Positions 27,321 to 40,184 of a stretch of 64,000 nt of DNA are shown piece by piece. Each line of letters begins with the position of its first letter. Position 1 is the stretch's first letter. Both the position numbers and the translations under genes were made by a program. The notes under the pieces were generated by a model. That model saw only the letters and a program-made list of their open reading frames with translations, did not search any database and had not been told where the DNA came from. Source of the DNA: Octopus vulgaris (Eukaryota); contig OX597818.1 in NCBI GenBank assembly GCA_951406725.2, positions 117,986,001 to 118,050,000 of the forward strand, written 5' to 3'.

Positions 27321-28060
27321 TTAAGTTTCAATGTTTCAAACTTCGGACACTGGTAGAATGTGTCATATAACATATTTTGCTGTTAGTCTTGTTGAGAAAA
27401 GTTTGTATTTTCGAAGTTATTTCGCGTTAAATTTGTCGTATTTCAGAAATTTCAACCAATCAATGCCGTGCATTCCGGTGGTGAATATTTCCTCTATCAC
27501 TGTTATTTATGACATATTACATCTCAGTTACATTCGTATGAATAAACGAGTGTATCTGAAGCATGTTTACTTCATGGCACCACCACAATCGTTCGTGCAT
27601 TTCTACTGATTTTAGTTATTTTTTTCCTACTTTCCAGCTACTATTTTAGGAAAAATAACTTTTTTACCCCCTCCTCTTCCCATCCAATTTCTTCATTTTT
27701 TATTTTTTCCTTAACAAGTATCAAAATATTAAAATATTATTAATAATTGCATCAAATAAAGCCCATACTCAATAATATATAGTAATCTAAAACCGTCCAT
27801 CTTGTTGAAATTGGAAATAAATGGTATTTATTTAAGCCTATCTCGTATTAATTTGGGAACACTTAGCTACATTTACGTATGTTTCCTCCAGTCTAAGTGA
27901 ATTAATACTAAAACTATTTGCAAGGGAAGCATTTAAATATTTGTTCTACACGAACTCGAAATCTTATCGCTAATTCATTTCAATAATTGAATAACTTATG
28001 TTTAGAGATAATGTTATGAAATATTTCTTCACAGCAGAGATTGCATTTACGATTACCACT

Positions 28061-28395
28061 CAAAAAAAAAAAGACTCCGCCGGTTACGACGACGAGGGTC
28101 CCAGCTGATACGATCAACGGAACAGCTTGCTCGTGAAATTAACGTGCAAATGGCTGAGCATTCCACAGACACGTGTACCCTTAACGTAGTTCTCGGGAAT
28201 AATCAGCGTGACACAGAGAGTGACAAGGCTGACCCTTTGAAATACAACTACAACTCATTTTTGCCAGCTGAGTGGACTGGAGCAACGTGAAATAAAGTGT
28301 CTTGCTCAAGGACACAACGCGTCGCCGGGAATCGAACTCACAACCTTACGATCATGAGCCGAATGCCCTAACCACTAAGCCACGCGCCCTCACAT
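28061..28395 (-). mobile_element. Family-C CORE-SINE (resembles published octopus OR2-type, unverified), 10-bp TSD
   Basis: tRNA head gggcgcgtggcttagtggttagg...gagttcgattccc and CORE gttgtgtccttgagcaagacacttta; tail shared with family B. TSD gattaccact at 28051-28060 and 28396-28405. Confidence 0.92.
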
Positions 28396-28599
28396 GATTA
28401 CCACTTGTATAGGACGAATCACCTTATATACTTAAACATCTAGTGGGATATTTAGTATGTTTGTCTTTGAAAGTCTAAATTTCAATAATTGAATAACTTA
28501 CATTTAGCGGTAATATTATGGCATATTTTTACACGGCAGAGATTGCATTCACTACTTCTACATGTATAGGAGGATTCACCTCTTATAATTGACCATTTA

Positions 28600-28819
28600 A
28601 GGTGGCGAGCTGGCAGAAACGTTAGCACGCCGGGCGAAATGCTTCGTCTGTCGTTACGTTCTGTGTTCAAATTCCGCCGAGGTCGACTTTGCCTTTCATC
28701 CTTTCGGGTTCGATAAATAAAGTACCAGTTTCGCACTGGGGTAGATGTAATCGACTTAATCCCTTTGTCTGTCCTTGTTTATTCCCTCTATGTTCAGCCC
28801 CTTGTAGGCAATAAAGAAA
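28600..28819 (+). mobile_element. Family-D SINE with perfect 17-bp TSD
   Basis: TSD ttataattgaccattta at 28583-28599 and 28820-28836. Confidence 0.93.
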
Positions 28820-29481
28820 TTATAATTGACCATTTATTGTGATATTTAGTAATTTTATGTTTGAAATTCTAAATGATCTTTCGTAAAATCTTACAGTTCT
28901 ATTCTTTTATTTTCCTCAGTTATTTGGAAGAAGAAAGAGGATTATGTAACCCGTTTTTGAAGCTCGTAGTGCAGAAATTTATATAACAAAGCATAGCTGT
29001 TAACATAAATGTATATAGTAAGTTGTTTCTATGACATTGTGTCCCAAACGGAAACTGGAAGCGCTTTTTACAATTGCAAAGCGGTATTTATCAATAAAGT
29101 TATATTTATTATTGGCAGATGCATTATTTACTCTATTCTGAGAGGTAAGTGTTACTCCACGAATATTATCCGTGTTGCAATATAATATACTAGATATGCA
29201 TTTAGATTCACTGTCTACGTAATTAATTTCATATGTGTCCAGTATCGGTTCAGTTACATCTTGTACTAGCTTCTATAAATTCCGGATTTAGTAAACCCGA
29301 TGCATAGTAGGAATGTAAAGTATAATGGTAATACGACAAATAGTCATAATAGCTAACCTGAGAGAATGGTGTAAGATAGGAATCAGAGCAAGTATCCTGT
29401 GGAATTACTACTGCTTCGATCAATGTTAATTGCCTTTTTAATGAGCAGACTGACTATTCTCGACACCTGTCAATAGCTTAG

Positions 29482-29865
29482 GGAGGTGCAATGGCCCAGT
29501 GGTTAGGGCAGCGGACTCGCGGTCATAGGATCGCGGTTTCGATTCCCAGACCGGGCGTTGTGAGTGTTTATTGAGCGAAAACACCTAAAAGCTCCACGAG
29601 GCTCTGGTAGGGGATGGTGGTGATCCCTGCTGTACTCTTTCACCACAACTTTCTCTCACTCTTACTTCCTGTTTCTGTTGTACCTGTATTTCAAGGGGCC
29701 GGCCTTGTCACTCTCTGTGTCACGCTGAATATCCCCGAGAACTACGTTAAGGGTGCACGTGTCTGTGGAGTGCTCAGCCACTTACACGTTAATTTCACGA
29801 GCAGGGTGTTCCGTCGATTCGGATCAACCGGAACCCTCATCGTCGTTACCGACGGAATGCTTCCC
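29482..29865 (+). mobile_element. Family-B tRNA-derived SINE, full length, 11-bp TSD
   Basis: A box tggcccagtggttagg and B box ggtttcgattccc; close match to 58880-59262. TSD caatagcttag at 29471-29481 and 29866-29876. Confidence 0.94.
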
Positions 29866-30425
29866 CAATAGCTTAGAGACTCGGCTCTGTTGGACTCTAC
29901 CAATATTCAATCTGTTGAACTGAGTCACTCTTATTCGTGCACTGACGTTACATTGTTTTATGTTTTATCGCTAATTGAAACTTTGTAGCGATTAAATATG
30001 TAGGAGCGGCAATCTAAACACCATAGCACGGATGTTCTCTTCTTAAAACACCGTGTTTTTTCCATCTTCGTAATGGACACTGGATCCAAATAGTCGCTCT
30101 CCTTCCTATTTTTGAAATCTTACTAATATGCACAAGGAACGATACGTGGCCATTCATGTCAATTCCGAATATGTTCCAGGATTGCAATATCCGCTGTTCC
30201 TCTTTTATTCTGATTGATTTTATCGTTACCGAAAAACGTGACATTAGCGAATAATGGTACATACATGTGATGTGAAGCGCAGAATACGATGCACTTTACA
30301 GGATGTTGGGAGGTTTAATTTAAAATACGAATCCGTTAAAAGATTTGTTTTTGCGGAGCGAAAATATCAATGCGTATCGATATTACGAATTTGAAATTAA
30401 AATGCTGCATCTAAATAAGAACATA

Positions 30426-31176
30426 CGAGGGGCGTTCAATAAGTAATGCCCCTGACCCACTTCCCCTAGCAGTAGAGCAACGAAACTTGGAACAGTTATT
30501 AGTCTTTTTCTACATAGAAACCACCCAGATTTACGCATTTCTCCCATCGTTTGATGCAGCTCTGAAGATCGTTTTTGTAGAAGACCCCGGCTTGGTCCTC
30601 GAAACACGACGTGACATCAGAAATCAAGGCTGCATTATCTGGGAAACGCTTTCCTTTCAAAAACAACTTCATGGCTGGGAAGAGGTGAAAATCAGAGGAT
30701 GCAAGGTCAGGAGAGTAGGGGGGATGGGGGATGAGTTCATAGCCGTACGCCTGTGCTTCTGATCTGGGGACACGCGAGTTGTGGATCGGAGCGTTGTCCT
30801 GCAGGAGGACGATGCCTTTGCTGATCTTGCCCCGCCTCTTGATTTTGATAGTTCCGACCATGTTTGAATTCACGATGCCAGCGTTTTACAAGGTCATATG
30901 ATGGGGCATCATCACCATAAGTTACTTTCATTTCATCAAAAGTCTCCCGTGGTGTGCGTCCTTTCAAATACAAAAACCGGATCTCTGCTCGACACTCAAC
31001 ATGCTCCATTTCATACTTGACTCAGTTCAAACACCTGTAAATCAAAAACCACAATTAGTTCAGAGCTGTAATTTGTCACTTAATCTATAGAGATATAAAT
31101 AATTGCACATGCAAAATTTCAGCTAGATCGAACAACTGCAAGTGGGTCAGGGGCATTACTTATTGAACGCCCCTCG
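30426..31176 (-). mobile_element. Internally deleted mariner with perfect 37-bp TIRs and TA TSD
   Basis: TIR cgaggggcgttcaataagtaatgcccctgacccactt at both ends, flanked by TA. N-terminal HTH (MEHVECRAEIRFL..WHREFKHGR) is fused out of frame to C-terminal LLQDNAPIH..HPPYSPDLASSDFHLF..RWEKCV. Confidence 0.97.
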
Positions 31177-31209
31177 TAAAGTAACAAATTAATAACTTTC
31201 CTTTTATAT

Positions 31210-32270
31210 GACCAGATCTGGTTTCTCCATTTTTTTAAATGGCTGGCTGCAAGTATCCGGTGATACTTGCGGGACGTCATCCCTAGTGTCACTCGTACCT
31301 GCAGCCAGGCCACATTAAAAACAACTGCCCCCACGACCATGGTAAGGTCCTGGAACAGTCACTGGATGCCACCTCCCCTACCCGGTCAAAAGGAGAGGTG
31401 GATGTGGTTGAAGAGGCCTCAGTCTCCTCGCCCCAAAAAGGGTTAAAAAGGAAGAAGGCGGGCAACAACAGTTGCCCGCCGAAGGACCCTAAGCATTCGG
31501 GAGGTGGGGGAGAGACTCCGCACAAAGCGGAAGAGCTCCACTATCCCGAAGTCAAGAAGAAAAGAAAAACAAGAACGGGTCATTGCAGGTGGACGATGAT
31601 GTGCAGTCTGCACGTCACGAAGTTGTGCCACCAACGGTGAAAGAAACGACACCTACCCTTAAAGATGACGAATTACTTATCTTTTTCTACAAGGGCGGGG
31701 AAGTGGAAAAATAGTAGAGACACAGAAAGATACAGTAGATATGGCCTTCACACGGGATCCCGAATGGCCTCCGCTGATAGCTGTGGAGGTCATAAGGTTT
31801 GCCGTGTGGGAAACGTTTAAAAGACTTAAAGAGGAATGGCGTTTATGGCCGGGTGGCCCTTACACGACTTACATGTCCTACATGAGTGAGGCATGGGAAA
31901 TGGCGGGATACAGAAACTCAAGCGGCATTGAAGATAATGATGAATATATCGATGAGTAGCATGTGAAAAAGCCTCGTTAGAGGGTTGAATCTCATCTTAT
32001 TGCATTATTGTAGTGGTTTATAACCTCAATTGTGTGTTTTCTAAAAACAATCATGTTAAGTCAGAGGTTTAATGGCTTCTGTTTGTAAGAGGTTTGAAAC
32101 CTCATATTGATTTTTAAAAAAAGAAAATATGTTTTCGAGAAAAATCCAGTCGGCGGATGTTGGGTTTCGTCTCATGTATTCATTTTATTTCATTTTCATT
32201 CATTAATGTTTTTTGTCAAGCCTGTAGCTACTCTGATAATGCCTCCATGGCAAATAAAATGAAATAAAGT
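31210..32270 (+). mobile_element. Gag-like/ORF1 relic of a non-LTR (L1/Tx1-like) element with no ORF2
   Basis: GC-richer island reading YPVILAGRHP*CHSYLQPGHIKNNCP, a degenerate CX2CX4HX4C knuckle, followed by a basic low-complexity region. Ends in gcaaataaaatgaaataaa at ~32250-32268. Confidence 0.55.
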
Positions 32271-32274
32271 ACCC

Positions 32275-32407
32275 TGCTTACCAATCACATGGTTCCGGTT
32301 ACAGTTCCACTGAGTGACATCTTAGGCAAGTTACTTCTACTATAGCCTCAAGCCCACCAAAGCCTTGTGAGTGGATTTGGTAGAGGAAAAGTGAAACCCC
32401 GTCGTTG

Positions 32408-32496
<89 letters not shown>

Positions 32497-32718
32497 TGTG
32501 TGTGAGTGTGTATGTGTATGTTTGTCCCCAAACATCGCTCGACAACACATACTGGTGCATTTACGGCCCCGTAACCTAGCGGTTCGGCAAAAGAGCCCAA
32601 TAGAATAAGTACTAGGCTTACAAAGAATAAAACCTGGTGTCGATTTGTACTACCAAATACGGTACTCCACCATGGCCGCAGTCAAATGACTGAAACAAGT
32701 AAAAGAGTAAAAGAGTAT
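32275..32718 (+). mobile_element. Family-A SINE, slightly 5' truncated
   Basis: gcttaccaatcacatggttccgg...catggccgcagtcaaatgactgaaacaagtaaaagagtaaaagagt. Confidence 0.9.
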
Positions 32719-32732
32719 ACATGTGAGCACAG

Positions 32733-32796
<64 letters not shown>

Positions 32797-33442
32797 TTGC
32801 GTGTATGTGTATCACAGGAACTGGAATTTTATTTGTATTTAGAGCTAATTCGGCTCGGAATTACCCTGAAAGTAAAAACAAGATTAATTTCCCAGTCATT
32901 CAATAGAGCATTACGAAACTATAATACTCCCAAGACACGAAGAAGCAACTCAAATCGATGTATGAAAAACGAAAATCCTAAATCCTAAATCCTAAATCCT
33001 ACTCCTATGGCCTTTTCATGTACTTCATAATCACTTGTCACACATTTCGTATCAGAGCTTTCTGCCTACGTAGCACTTTCAAGTCCCTCAGGAATATTTA
33101 GCTACTTACAATATAACTGAATGAATTGTTCGAGCTATTAAAATAAGTTACGTCAAAGGCGATGGTGATACGTTAAGTAAACTCCGTAAAGTTGTAGGTG
33201 TATTCACCAATGACGCTATCATATTTTCTTACTAATTTTAGGCCTACGTTTACACAAGAAGCCATAATAACGGAAAAGTGAAAATGTAGCTTATAATCTT
33301 ACATTTCTAAGTCATCAGTTGCGTCATTTGTAGTTCATTCGTCACTTAAAAGTAGATTTCTTTATCGGTGTAGTAACTCGTTTCTATATTTATATATATA
33401 TTTCTTTCGTTCACCACTTATTGTTCTTTTCCTTCTTGTTCA

Positions 33443-33532
<90 letters not shown>

Positions 33533-33543
33533 CATCATTATTA
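33443..33543. repeat. (ATT)n microsatellite
   Basis: Directly visible. Confidence 0.98.
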
Positions 33544-33723
33544 ATGCTATGATTTGGTGTACATTCATAAAAATTAAATTTCATTTTATTTAAATTTTAC
33601 ACAACAAGTTTTATGAATCTGATCATCCATATATACAAATCACGCACTGCATACTCGCACAGAGACATATATGAGTATGTGTACATACACATATGTATGT
33701 GTACACATGTATGTGCGTAAGTA

Positions 33724-33819
<96 letters not shown>

Positions 33820-33883
33820 CGTACGTATATATATATATATACATAGACATGCGCATGTGTACACACACTCACACATTTATATA

Positions 33884-34399
33884 TGTCTTGCAAACAACTT
33901 GCACATGCAAGTGCTACCAGTTAAAAGCTCCGTATACCTGAAGCTAGCAGGTGTATGGGGTCATCAGGAGAACGCGCACCGTTTCGGGGCATCAATGCGC
34001 ATCACTCCCCCCTCACTGATATGAGGCCCCGCCTGCTAGATCAGCTGATTATGAAGAACTCAATATACTTCTAGCCATCGCTCATCGTCTCTTTTCAACC
34101 AAATCCAGTGGCTAGCCTTCTCCACTGTAGATTGGATATCAGTCATGGTGGTATTGACTTTACGATGAGTTAGGCCTAACGATAACAACAGTCGTCTCAC
34201 GCTGTGTCCAACAAATCCTCTACATCCGACTTCGATAGGAAAATGTTCCGCTTTCCATCCTGCGTCTTCACATTCCTCGAGGAGGTTTTCATAACGGTTC
34301 AATTTTCGAGCCCGAGCGGCGTCCATATTATCTTCATGAGGAACCGTTAGCTCGACTATATTTACAACTTTCTTTCTTTCACACCACATCAGAATATCA
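33884..34399 (-). mobile_element. 5'-truncated RLE-type non-LTR retrotransposon (R2 group, HERO-like): endonuclease C-terminus and 3' UTR
   Basis: Uninterrupted DILMW..IVELTVPHEDN..ARKLNRY..FPIEVGCRGF..EKASHWIWLKR is the PD-(D/E)xK restriction-like endonuclease end. TA-rich repeats lie on both sides. Confidence 0.9.
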
Positions 34400-35460
34400 A
34401 TATATATATATATATATATATAAGTGTGTATTTGTGTGTGGACGTGTGTAAGCTTCGACTGCTAGCTATGTATTCTAACCTTTTGATGCGACTCTACTCC
34501 ATACAATCTTCTCCGATATACTCTGTTGCCCCTTTCTCCCTTTCACCATGTTCTATCTGTATCATACTCACCCTCCCTCTTTGTCTTTTCGTTTAAATTA
34601 TGAGTGTAAAAAATCACAATAATTTAATAACGGTGGTTCGCATGCATAATAAAATTCATAAGACGTAACATATTTTTATATATAAGATAGTATAAAGATT
34701 TATACACACACACACACAGATATGAGAGAGAGAGAGAGAGAGAGAGAATGCCATAAAGCTACATAGATTCTTGAATGTATATACATATATAATGATATAA
34801 TTGTTACATGTAGATACCTATAGGCATGCGGCGTTTTTTATGCTTCTTTCTCTAATCAATATGATTCTGTCACTTAGAAATACTTCAATTAGTTCCGCCA
34901 TATTCGTAGTTTGAAGTATTTCATAACGTGTTTCTTTTCAGGCAATGATGATTGACGTGAACGTAGGTCTGCGTTACAGGATTTGTTACTCACTAACGCA
35001 TGAGGCATTGTGATGTTTTTCTCAATGGCACTTGTATTTCAATGTGACTTAGTAAACCGGAATGTTGTGCTTTACATATAAATGGGAAGATTTCCACAAA
35101 AAACAAATCAGCTCAACAGAAAATCTTGCGCGTGAAAATAAACCTGCAAGTGGTTTAGTACTATAAGTATATGCACAGATGTCTGTGTGCGTGTGTATAA
35201 ATACATGAATATATGTGTGCCTGCGTAATTATATTTACTTCGATGCATGCAAATTTGAATGGTTAAGGGCTAGTTCCCGAAGCTAAGCTTTTGAATGCTA
35301 CTTGGCAACAGATTAGAAAATACCCTTTGCTTAGCTTCTGACGGTTCGATGCTTCTGTAATTGAGTGTCAATGGAATTTTCAAGCACTTTCCACGTAATT
35401 TCAGTTAGCAAGTCATTCACTGAATCCCTTCTCTGAAGGATTCTGCATCAGAATTGAGAA

Positions 35461-35782
35461 GGCATAGGAGTGGCTGTGCGGTAAGTAGCATGCTTACCAA
35501 CCACATGGTTCCGGGTTCAATCCCACTGTGTGGGACCTCGAGCAACTGTCTTCTAATATAGCCTCGGGCCGACCAAAGCATTGTGAGTTGATTTGGTAAA
35601 CGGAAACTGGAAGAAGCTCGTCGTATATATGTATATGTATATATGTATGCGTGTATATATGTTTGTGTGTCTGTGTTTGTCCCTCCCCCAACGCTGCTTA
35701 ACAACCGATTCTGGTGTGTTTACGTAACTTAGCGGTGCTCCAGCATGGCCAATCAAATGACTGAAACAAGTGAAAGAGTAAT
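35461..35782 (+). mobile_element. Family-A SINE with an internal deletion
   Basis: Head intact; ttagcggt is joined directly to gctccagcatggcc. Confidence 0.9.
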
Positions 35783-36447
35783 AGAATAAAGGAGATTATG
35801 ACACTCCCGCGCGTGCACAGAAAGACATGCAATGATATGAATCTTATAACCCGTCGCTCTAACGACGTATCGATTACCCCGGTAAGTACAGACATATTTT
35901 TAGCAGTCTCAAGCCACCATTTCTCCATTCATTTCCCTTCTTACAAACAATATAATCCTAAAATAGTGATGGTCATTTTACTTGCAACCTTTCGAAATGA
36001 ACTGAAACCTGTTGGACAACATGAGGTATCTACGACAGAAAAGGACGGATGGTCACGTCTGGAATGTCTGTTACTATAAATCTGTCACCTTAGATAAAAG
36101 CTAACCCGGAGGCTAAACAGCGCTGGTATGCATACATCTTTATAAATGCCTATGTGTGCATTTTTCCGGAAACCCCATGCAGTGCGAATAATTCCTACGT
36201 CCCATTTATTTCTGTTTCTACGGGTGACTTTGTAAAAAATGCAAGAAAATTATAATAAAGAAATAAATATACTCACATAAAATCATATATTTGTGTGTAT
36301 TTTGTTTGCTTTTGCATTATTTCCATGGATTCTTGAATTATTTCGTCTTTTGACATCTGTTCTGTATGAAACGTTTAGATATTTATCAGTTACATAGAGT
36401 TCATTTCGATTTCTTTTTTTGCTTTTGCGAAATAAGTACTATTCCAG

Positions 36448-36503
<56 letters not shown>

Positions 36504-36612
36504 TACATATATATACGTGTATATATACATATATATACGTATATATATATACATATATATACATATATATATATATACATACAAACATATATATATACAT
36601 ATATACATATAA

Positions 36613-36647
<35 letters not shown>

Positions 36648-37689
36648 AACCGATATTTTCATCATGCTTGCTCGGTTTCCAGATACTTATTTTCTATGGC
36701 ATCCTACAGGGTTTTAATCCGTTAAATTAAGAAATTAAAACCGTACTCTAACTGTTTACGCTACGGGATACTTACGTTATACTTACACGTTCTTGTATAA
36801 TTTAGAAAAATACTTCCTTTATTGAATGACATAATTAACGGTGGTGAATGGAGATTCCTCATAATTTTATGACTACGAGAGGAAGGACTGTATAATGTGG
36901 CATCAACCAAAGTAGGTCAGACAAAATTTGGCGGGAATATTTTCAACTTGTGAGGTCAATAATTTGTATAGTTACATTCCATAATGTATTTACGTACTGA
37001 ATACATATAGCACATATTTATGTACGATCGATATTTTTGTTATGTTGTATATTTAGTGAATTTGATCGGAGAACGTAGTGACGTAAGGGAATATCTTCGG
37101 GCTTTGAGGAATTTATGCGTCCACCAAAGCCACAACGGCAGTTGCAAGTACTTAAGTGCCAGCTTGGGAAACCAGCCCTCGTTTATGTACTAGTAGAGTA
37201 TGACTGGAATAGCATAATTGGCGCGTATTGAATTTTGGGGAGGAGAAACCGGTAGAAGGGGGTAAAATACCTCACAAATCTACCAGATATTTTCCGTGTT
37301 TATCAGCTGATAATTCTCCATATTTGAACACGGCCAATTTGGATCAGTTACACCTTGACTGATGTCTGCTGCATAACCTGCTGGTAGCTATACCGAATGC
37401 AGATAGCCACATTCCTGTGTTTAAAATCAAAGAGAACGAGTTACTTAAAAGCTTAAACTGTAGGTAAGGACAATGATAGCCTGCGATCAGTTGCGTTTCT
37501 TTATGCGAATCATTTGTGTCAATGGAAGAAGAATATAACGATAAATTGAAGATAGAAAATATTAAATTGTAGGAGTTATTCAGATAAGAAGAGTAGTTAA
37601 GAACATTTTGGTAAGAAACCTGTTGAAATCCAGCATTACTTCAAAATGAGACACGAAACCTTATTGCCAGAACTAACACACCTAGTTGT

Positions 37690-37945
37690 GAACATCGCTG
37701 CTCTTCCAGCTCTAGCTTGATGAGGGTGGAATCATCCCAGATAAATGGTCCTAGAGACGCCATCATGTGAAGAGCCGACCAGGTCCACCAGTGCTCCACA
37801 TCACTATCAGTTCCCCGCCAGCCGATCTGCATCTTCCATGGTAATGTTGAGTCTCTGGAGAGCTCCTCCAATCACGACCAGCCATCTGTTGTGGAGTCTT
37901 GATAGGATGATCTAACAGAAGGCGGAGGACATGTCCGTACCGAAA
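37690..37945 (-). mobile_element. RTE-clade LINE 3' fragment, degenerate
   Basis: GHVLRLLLDHP...RWLVVIGGALQRLNITMEDADRLAGN matches the RTE C-terminal GHVLR..RW.D..A.DR pattern. Confidence 0.65.
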
Positions 37946-38108
37946 GGTGGGATATCTAAAAGTATTTGCAGATGAAGAAGACCTTCTAATTCCATGTTCT
38001 TATTGATGAAATTAACCACCCTGTCTACATATCTACCCACTTTGTAATGTTGGCAAATGAAATAAGTATAAAAATGTACATTGTCTATTTAATTAATAAT
38101 TTTATATA

Positions 38109-38162
38109 TGGGGCTGAAGATTGCTCTTCATTTTAAAAGTAGCATGAAACGATTGTACTACA
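38109..38162 (+). ncRNA. Type-I hammerhead ribozyme-like motif, probably in a Penelope-like terminal repeat remnant (~38100-38250)
   Basis: CTGAAGA (38114-20), stem II tgct/agca, GAAAC (38146-50), short stem III, GTA triplet (38155-57). Stem I tgggg/ctaca is imperfect. Confidence 0.55.
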
Positions 38163-38247
38163 CTACATTGGATATCCTTGTTGCTTATTTTGATCACCCC
38201 ATTTGATTTATATAGATAATACCATACCAAATTCCGGTGCCTTTATA

Positions 38248-38297
<50 letters not shown>

Positions 38298-38552
38298 AGT
38301 ATATATATACATATGTAAGTATGTATGTATATATATATATATATATATACGACAAGAGATAATTTATGCCTCTTTTTATGGTGAGAAAATGGTTTACAAG
38401 ACTGCAAAAAAGAAGTGCTCGAATAAAATTGGGACAGATAAACAAAAGCAATACATTGATTAGACAACAAACTAGAATTTGATGTTCGTTCTCTAATTAA
38501 TGTTTATATATATATGTATATGTGCGTGGGTGTATATATATATATATATACA

Positions 38553-38620
<68 letters not shown>

Positions 38621-38660
38621 CACACATATACATACATGTATACAGATATACACATATATA

Positions 38661-38716
<56 letters not shown>

Positions 38717-39168
38717 TGTATATATGTCATGGTATGAATATGTAGTGTCTTCCGTCTGAAATTGAATCAGTTACCTTGGTATTTCAAACGATATGACTTT
38801 ATTTAAAGATATATTTACCGTAACGTATATATTTTCATGTATATTGTATGTATGTAAATGTGCAATCACAGAAATTCTGAATTTTCATGTTAACTCTGTA
38901 TCTATGACAGAAAACAGCTATTTAAAGACTTGTATATTGTAATACATTATATTTCGTTTCGATTTTGGCTCATAATTTTGGCCCATATCTATTTTCTGAT
39001 TGTTATTTTATGTGTAATTCTAGAAGCTTCTCTCGAATTTCTTTCAAATTCCTTGTCGTAAAATGGCGTGTCTACTTTTCTCTCATTCACCCCGTCTCTA
39101 CACTTTCTGCCAACCCTCTCCTACTCTCTCTGTCTCTCTTTCTCACTTTGTTCATACATATACATATT

Positions 39169-39280
<112 letters not shown>

Positions 39281-40184
39281 TACACATACATACATACTTA
39301 CATGAATATGTATGAGTATCAATTTGTATTAATGAATATATGCATGTGCATTTGTGCCGAAATTCCTTTTAGTAAGAATGATAGTTCTTTAACAGCTCGT
39401 ATTTCCGTTGTGTTCTTTAAATTGTTCCCATTATACATTTGCGAACATCTGGGTTGACAGTCAAAAGTATAGCGCAAAGTATTACACAATTTCAATAATT
39501 CTATTCAAAAGACTGTTTCCGCATTTGAAAGGCAGCAATGAAGGTGTTTTTTAAAATTATTGTAAAATGGCTGTGTGGTAAGAAGCTTGCTTCCCAACAA
39601 CATGATTCCGAAAGTTATATCAGGAGAAACACTACGTAATTCAGCATTTTGATTTTAACAGGTTAATGTGTAATTTAAAAAAAAAAAAAAATTTAATCTG
39701 CAAAATCTGCGCCATTACGCCTCCACTAAGCGGTTGTTGTTGTCACTTGGCTTAATTCATTGTAAATCACCACCACGAGCTGATATCAAGGCGACAGTGG
39801 AGAATGCAAAACACTGAATTTAATTAAAAAGAGACGATGAACAATGGCTAGAAGAATATTAAGCGAAACCTTATACACTCTATCGAAGAAGCGGGGCCAC
39901 ATCTCAGTGAGGATTCCGGTACGTAATAATGTGCTTCAGAGATTAATGCTCTGATTATGCTCTAATGCTGATAATGCTCTAATGACCCCATAGACTTCCT
40001 AGCAGCATTCAGTATGCAAACCTCTTACCTAGTAGCGCTTGCATCTGCTAGTTGTTTCAACGTAAAATAAAGTGCCTCGCTCAAGCACACTTGTAAATGC
40101 AGGTGTAACCAGCTGAAAGTTCTGCTCACTAAATACTTATGAAGTTTTCAAATGTGTGTGAAAGGTTGTAAGCTCACTTCACAG

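Noticed and set aside
29482-29555. tRNA-like sequences at SINE heads (also 28320-28390, 20317-20385 and 59190-59262)
   Set aside because: A/B boxes are present, but they run directly into SINE bodies, two of them within TSDs; they are not tRNA genes.
29614-29871. Near-identical ORFs MVVIPAVLFHHNF.. here and at 58819-59130, and recurrent ..EDTCPRCHAVGLNPEP.. ORFs
   Set aside because: They lie within SINE copies; the similarity reflects the repeat, not a gene family.
30014-30262. ORF with WNIFGIDMNGHVSFLVH faintly like a Helitron Rep/helicase linker
   Set aside because: A single weak motif with no further similarity.
32973-33006. (AAATCCT)4 telomere-like repeat
   Set aside because: Only four units and not TTAGGG; an ordinary short tandem repeat.
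33955-33995. GAAAC...CTGATGA in the RLE element 3' UTR as a permuted hammerhead
   Set aside because: The stem II strands (cccc/cccc) cannot pair and stem I is absent; the CTGATGA is better explained as part of the long hairpin.
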